The notes under the pieces: generated by a model
Databases searched by the model: none
What the model saw: only the letters and a program-made list of their open reading frames with translations
What the model was told of the DNA's origin: nothing
Position numbers and translations under genes: made by a program
DNA from: a virus
Taxonomy: Duplodnaviria > Caudoviricetes
Reading direction: 5' to 3' (one strand)
IMG/VR virus record: IMGVR_UViG_3300029798_000001
Length of the DNA: 64,000 nucleotides
Shown here: positions 59,634 to 64,000 of the stretch, in pieces
Numbering within the stretch: the first letter of the stretch is position 1
Layout of the letters: each line of letters opens with the position of its first letter

Positions 59634-60997
59634 TGTTTATATCTGTTTATGCCAGCGGCACTAATGTACAGCGCCTGGCCAAGTGTGCTAGAAAGATTGA
59701 TGGCGTGTTATATACCTCATACGCTCAACTTGAAAAAGAAGAGCCCAATATTATCCGTCGTAAATTTTACTGCACCGAGGTTGCTAGTTTAAAATCACAA
59801 GTCGACGCCCTTGATGAAACTGTGCAACCAAGTTGGACTAAGATTTGGGGTAAGCCACAAGGTAACCTGGCCTTTATTGGTCAGTTGTTTGAATCATTAA
59901 CAGGCAAAGATACTCTGCGTACAGAATTAAACTTGGCGGGGTTGGCAGAAGAGCCAGTTGATTGCTTTATGTTATTGGTAAGTGCTAACAAAAAAGAAAT
60001 GGGACAGATTTCTGAGATTGCCAAACGCCATATTCCAGATTGGCATATTAAAGTATTAAATGGCGACTTCACCACAAACAAAGATGCACAATCCGAAACT
60101 ACTCGCGAGCTTAACGAAGCTCGTATTGCCGGCAAAAAGGGTGCAATCGTTATAGCCAACCAAATGGGGTCACGCTCGTATAGTATTTCAGAAATTCAGG
60201 CAACTGTTATTGCCTTTGACCGTGGTAGTGTAGATGCTACCGCACAAAAGGTTAGCCGTTGTTTAACTCCAGGTGAGAAATACGATGGTACCAAAAAAGA
60301 ATTTGGTATAATTGTAGATTTAAGTTTTGATCCTAACCGTGCTGAGAACATTGAACGATTAATTCTCGAAGAAGCAATTCAGGTACAACGTGACGGTAGT
60401 AACGCAGATGATTTTGCTCAGGCGGTAAAGTATGTTTTATCCAGCATTAACTTGTTTAAGATGAAATACGGTACAGCAGTAGAAGTTACTGAAGAAGAAA
60501 TGTTTAAAGTATTCAGTGATAACGAAGCTATGTTGCGTGTAGCTGATGTTAGTGTTGACATCGCCGAAGCATTGGCATCTGGGGTGTTTGATATTCTAGC
60601 AAAGGTTAATGCTGATGGTAAGATAACCAAAGACAAAAAGGATGTACTTGCAGAGAATGTTAAGAACTCAATCCGAGAAGGTGGCGGCATTACAGACAAA
60701 ACAGCCAAGGCTTCTGACATTCGTGCCGCAGAAAAAATTATTAATGATGCAATTCGCGCATTAAACATGAGTGCAACTAGTGTGTATCATCTAGCTAATC
60801 TCGAAGGCGAAAGTTATAGAGATTGTTTGGAAATTATTACAGCAGAGCCATCATTAGATATTGAATTTGCTAGTTTATTTGGTATTACCGCAGGGCAAGT
60901 TATTGAATTACTTGATAATAATGTATTAAACGAAGCTATTCTAGATGTTATTGTACAAAACAGCAAGCCTAAAACGGTTGACCGTTTATTTGCTTAA
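59633..60997 (+). CDS. C-terminal part of an SF2 helicase/restriction-type subunit
   Basis: Starts with ASGT (motif III); MGSRSYSI, QKVSRCLT (motif VI-like); TAATG coupling with AGAGG RBS. Confidence 0.6.
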   Translation: MFISVYASGTNVQRLAKCARKIDGVLYTSYAQLEKEEPNIIRRKFYCTEVASLKSQVDALDETVQPSWTKIWGKPQGNLAFIGQLFESLTGKDTLRTELNLAGLAEEPVDCFMLLVSANKKEMGQISEIAKRHIPDWHIKVLNGDFTTNKDAQSETTRELNEARIAGKKGAIVIANQMGSRSYSISEIQATVIAFDRGSVDATAQKVSRCLTPGEKYDGTKKEFGIIVDLSFDPNRAENIERLILEEAIQVQRDGSNADDFAQAVKYVLSSINLFKMKYGTAVEVTEEEMFKVFSDNEAMLRVADVSVDIAEALASGVFDILAKVNADGKITKDKKDVLAENVKNSIREGGGITDKTAKASDIRAAEKIINDAIRALNMSATSVYHLANLEGESYRDCLEIITAEPSLDIEFASLFGITAGQVIELLDNNVLNEAILDVIVQNSKPKTVDRLFA

Positions 60998-61006
60998 TGT
61001 TATAAT
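60978..61006 (+). promoter_or_regulatory. Sigma70-type promoter inside the 3' end of the helicase C-half
   Basis: TTGACC-N17-TATAAT. Confidence 0.75.
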
Positions 61007-61035
61007 CGTAGTATAATAATACCTTAGGTAGAGCT

Positions 61036-62208
61036 ATGAAATTTGCAACAGATTTAAGTAAAGGTATTTTGGGTAGTGCAGATAGTGCAGAACTATGGAC
61101 CTCTAGTATCGCACAGATTCCTGACGATGTACTTACAAAACCTAAGGTTCGTATTTTGGTTTTGGCATGTGGACACGGAACCGAAGCAGTAATTATTGCC
61201 CAGAGGATGTTAGCCCTTGGCGTTAGTAAAGTACAGGTTAACCAAGCAATTTGGTTAATCGATAAGTATCGTGTATTTACAAACCACGCTAAATTAGTGT
61301 ACGGGTTTAAGAATGTAATCACCGAAGATTATTTGAATTGGAAATCGAATATGAAATTTAATGTTATTGTGGGTAACCCACCGTTTCAAGATAGTGACAG
61401 CGGCAACGAAAAGTCGAATCTCTATGTAGAATTTGCTAGAAAATCCATAGAGCAACATCTTGCTGATGATGGGCATATTATTTTTTTAACTCCGAAGACA
61501 ATGTTAAGAAAGACCAAACGATATTTTTCGTTAGTAGGGCAACCGGGTTTAAAATCCGTAGACTTTACTGCTAATGAATATTTTAATGTTGGTGTTGACA
61601 TTGTAGCATGGCATTTGCAAAAAGATAAGAATTTTAGTCAGGTAACAGTTACTAATAAAGATAGAACTGTTACCACAATTCCGGCCGGCGAGGAAATTGC
61701 TGATGCAGAAGAATTGTGGTTATACCGTTTAGTTGAGAATATGAAAAATACTCCTGACAAAGCATTTAGCTACAACAATATTGGCCCTCAGCGATCTACT
61801 ACTAAAACTAAAGAGTATTGTTATAAGTTAAAGCAAAATCTTGCCAAAAAGTCTGTAGTGTATTCTAAACGCGAGCCATACTTTTATGGTAAAAAGAAAC
61901 TATTAGTATCAATCTCTTTAGGGTATAATCAAGATAATATTGTTGTAGATACCTCAGATTATGCAGAAGCGTATGTATGTATGGATTTGACTGGAGCAAC
62001 ACCAGCACAGTATGATAACATAATGAGTTTTTTGTTTAATGAGTTATTTGTTGCATTAGTGGCAAAATATAGACTTATTTACAAAACTGGTTTTGCTAAT
62101 ATTTTAGTTTATCTACCTAAGTTTGATATTAATAAGTCATATTCTACTAAAGACATCAAGAAGTTTTTTAAGTTAACCAATGCTGAGGTGAAAAAGCTAT
62201 ATGCTTAG
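61036..62208 (+). CDS. Eco57I/TaqI-like amino-methyltransferase (NPPF) with degenerate motif I and a target-recognition region
   Basis: LVLACGHGT, FNVIVGNPPFQ, LYVEF, FLTPKT, FNVGVDI; AT-rich. Confidence 0.75.
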   Translation: MKFATDLSKGILGSADSAELWTSSIAQIPDDVLTKPKVRILVLACGHGTEAVIIAQRMLALGVSKVQVNQAIWLIDKYRVFTNHAKLVYGFKNVITEDYLNWKSNMKFNVIVGNPPFQDSDSGNEKSNLYVEFARKSIEQHLADDGHIIFLTPKTMLRKTKRYFSLVGQPGLKSVDFTANEYFNVGVDIVAWHLQKDKNFSQVTVTNKDRTVTTIPAGEEIADAEELWLYRLVENMKNTPDKAFSYNNIGPQRSTTKTKEYCYKLKQNLAKKSVVYSKREPYFYGKKKLLVSISLGYNQDNIVVDTSDYAEAYVCMDLTGATPAQYDNIMSFLFNELFVALVAKYRLIYKTGFANILVYLPKFDINKSYSTKDIKKFFKLTNAEVKKLYA

Positions 62209-62647
62209 ACAGTATGTTAAACATCTCCGCGATCGCGAATACATGTCCGGAGTGGAGCGTGATCAACTACGAATAAAAGCTACAGGCGAGGTGTTTACAC
62301 CTACTCCACTTGTACAAGAAATATTAGATCAACTGAGTTGTGCTGAATTTCAAGACTCAACAAAAACATTTTTAGATCCTGCGTGTGGCGATGGTCAATT
62401 CCTTAGCGAAGTACTAATTCGTAAGTTAGAAAATGGTATAGATTTTGAAACTGCACTATCAACAATCTATGGCGTAGATCTTATGCCCGACAACGTTAAG
62501 TTATGCCAAGATCGTTTACTATGCGGACAAGAACACTTACGCCATATTGTAGAAAAGAACATAGTAGAAGCAGATGGATTAGAATACAAATATCTGTTCG
62601 GCGAACCCGAAACCTTTGGTCTTGGATTGTTTACCGTAATGGATTGA
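62201..62647 (+). CDS. Truncated N6-methyltransferase SAM-binding half (motifs X, I-III only)
   Basis: GEVFTP, FLDPACGDGQFL, IYGVDL, NIVEADGL; no NPPY/F. Confidence 0.75.
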   Translation: MLRQYVKHLRDREYMSGVERDQLRIKATGEVFTPTPLVQEILDQLSCAEFQDSTKTFLDPACGDGQFLSEVLIRKLENGIDFETALSTIYGVDLMPDNVKLCQDRLLCGQEHLRHIVEKNIVEADGLEYKYLFGEPETFGLGLFTVMD

Positions 62648-62748
62648 CATTTAACTAATTTCACTGTATTATTAACAAATAGCTTATCGTGTATAGGCTC
62701 AATACGCTACTTCGGTAGCACAATACTCGTCACTTAACAGGAGGCATT
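62644..62748 (+). promoter_or_regulatory. Sigma70 promoter plus structured 5' leader
   Basis: TTGACA-N17-TATTAT (62644-62672); hairpins at 62681-62699 and 62706-62719 (cUUCGg); AGGAGG RBS. Confidence 0.7.
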
Positions 62749-63942
62749 ATGCCAAGTACTACAGCAGTACCTGTACAACCTCGTACAGTTAATCGCGGCT
62801 CCAATCCGTTTGCCGCAATCGCCAAGCAACAAAACGCCGCACTCACTCCAACTACCCCAACCTCTGTTTACGAAAAGTTACAGGTCCGTGGTGATCGTGT
62901 TTTTAAAGATAGTCGCATCCAACAAGCACTAGCAGATTTAAAAACTCGCCTAGGTGGTAAAACCTACAATCAATCACACTTCGGCGAACTTGTATTAGTT
63001 CGCTATGGTGACATGGATATAAACATCGACATCCAACGTGATGAAGACATTGTTCATATTGCCGAAACTATTATCCCAAGATATGATCCACGCATCGCAA
63101 TGACAGTGATGTGTACCCGTCTTAAAAACGGCCGTTACTCTGCTTGGGAAGGCCAACAAACTAGTTTGACTTTTTATGTATTACAAAAGGCTGGACTTAT
63201 TGATGCCGAAACGCTAATACAAGTCAAAGCATTTGATGAAGACTTAGATGTACCGGGCACTACACTCAAAGGTGAAGCAGTTGGTAACCTAGGTTTTCGG
63301 ATTATCAATGGTGGTGGACGTAAAGGTGTAGATGCTTACCACGTACATCGTAGTCGCGTTAGTGGTGTTCGCATTTACAATTCTGTATTCCGAGAAGATT
63401 TGCAAAGCAACGAAATTCAGGGCATTCTTGAAGCTAACAATATGTTCCCGGCAAAGACCAGTGCGGCACAGCGTAATCAAGCCACCCCTGGCATGGTCAC
63501 ATACATTCATGGGTTAAACTTGATTGCCGGACACGACACCGAAGATAAACTATTTGATGTGTCTAAGAAAGATTTAGAGTGGGCACTACAATGGCATAAA
63601 AAGTACTATCCAAATGAAAAAGGTGTAGATGGTGGTTTCATTCTTGCATTTGGTCGACTAGCATCAGCGGCACGCCAAAGTAAACCAGCTATTGTATTAG
63701 ATGCCACTATAGAACAGGACTTGTACCAGCTGTTCCGTGCTAATTACGGAAGTCCAAAAGGATTCCACAAAGATTGTAAGGATCGATTGAAACAGTTTCA
63801 ACTAGCCAACAATCTTGCCGAATCATGGAGTGACGGTTGCTTAACACCAATCTTGGTATTGGACTATTATAATCCAAATGGGTTTAACGGTAAGTTAGCA
63901 TTACCACAAGTACACGGAATGACGACTTATGCAGGAATCTAA
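62749..63942 (+). CDS. ParB/Srx-like N-terminal domain protein
   Basis: INIDIQRD..IVHI...YDP...GRYSAWEGQQT resembles DGQH-type ParB-N motifs. Confidence 0.6.
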   Translation: MPSTTAVPVQPRTVNRGSNPFAAIAKQQNAALTPTTPTSVYEKLQVRGDRVFKDSRIQQALADLKTRLGGKTYNQSHFGELVLVRYGDMDINIDIQRDEDIVHIAETIIPRYDPRIAMTVMCTRLKNGRYSAWEGQQTSLTFYVLQKAGLIDAETLIQVKAFDEDLDVPGTTLKGEAVGNLGFRIINGGGRKGVDAYHVHRSRVSGVRIYNSVFREDLQSNEIQGILEANNMFPAKTSAAQRNQATPGMVTYIHGLNLIAGHDTEDKLFDVSKKDLEWALQWHKKYYPNEKGVDGGFILAFGRLASAARQSKPAIVLDATIEQDLYQLFRANYGSPKGFHKDCKDRLKQFQLANNLAESWSDGCLTPILVLDYYNPNGFNGKLALPQVHGMTTYAGI

Positions 63943-64000
63943 ACCATACTACTTGTACCTGTGGAGACACAGGTACGTGGATCCAGACTCCAACGAGATT
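63929..64000 (+). CDS. Partial ORF running off the window
   Basis: ATG at 63929; MQESKPYYLYLWRHRYVDPDSNEI with no stop. Confidence 0.45.
   Translation, partial: MQESKPYYLYLWRHRYVDPDSNEI

Overview
This window is an AT-rich, densely coding segment of a large T4-like (myovirus-type) jumbo phage genome in the standard genetic code. No rRNA, tRNA or CRISPR array was recognised. In order it holds: a partial PD-(D/E)XK exonuclease; tail/baseplate genes (Mtd_N plus pectate-lyase-like protein, PAAR); class Ia ribonucleotide reductase (nrdA, nrdB, glutaredoxin); exported/lipoprotein genes; ATP-dependent DNA ligase; peroxiredoxin; a proteostasis/translation block (clpX, rpsU/bS21, groES, groEL, hsp20, clpS, and clpP further on); a sugar-modification cluster (epimerase, amidinotransferase, GT-like proteins); UV endonuclease; a GNAT plus phasin-like unit; a free-standing GIY-YIG endonuclease; a radical SAM protein; a PlcP/Agt-like phospholipase plus glycosyltransferase operon; a tail fibre with a C-terminal Hint domain; long arrays of small early ORFs; a split helicase-nuclease with two methyltransferase-like ORFs; and a ParB-like protein. 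Two promoter classes are visible: sigma70-type TTGAC(C/A/T)-N17-TATAAT, several with a conserved spacer, and T4-late-like (TA)TAAATA. Both classes drive some apparently leaderless genes. The strongest candidates for novelty are a three-copy covarying RNA hairpin leader, several candidate structured ncRNAs (about 41.05, 43.7 and 57.95-58.18 kb), the phage-borne lipid-remodelling operon, the phasin-like unit, the Hint-containing tail fibre and the split restriction-modification-like locus. GroEL looks betaproteobacterial, which hints at the host (inference). All family assignments come from motif recognition by eye; no searches or folding programs were run.
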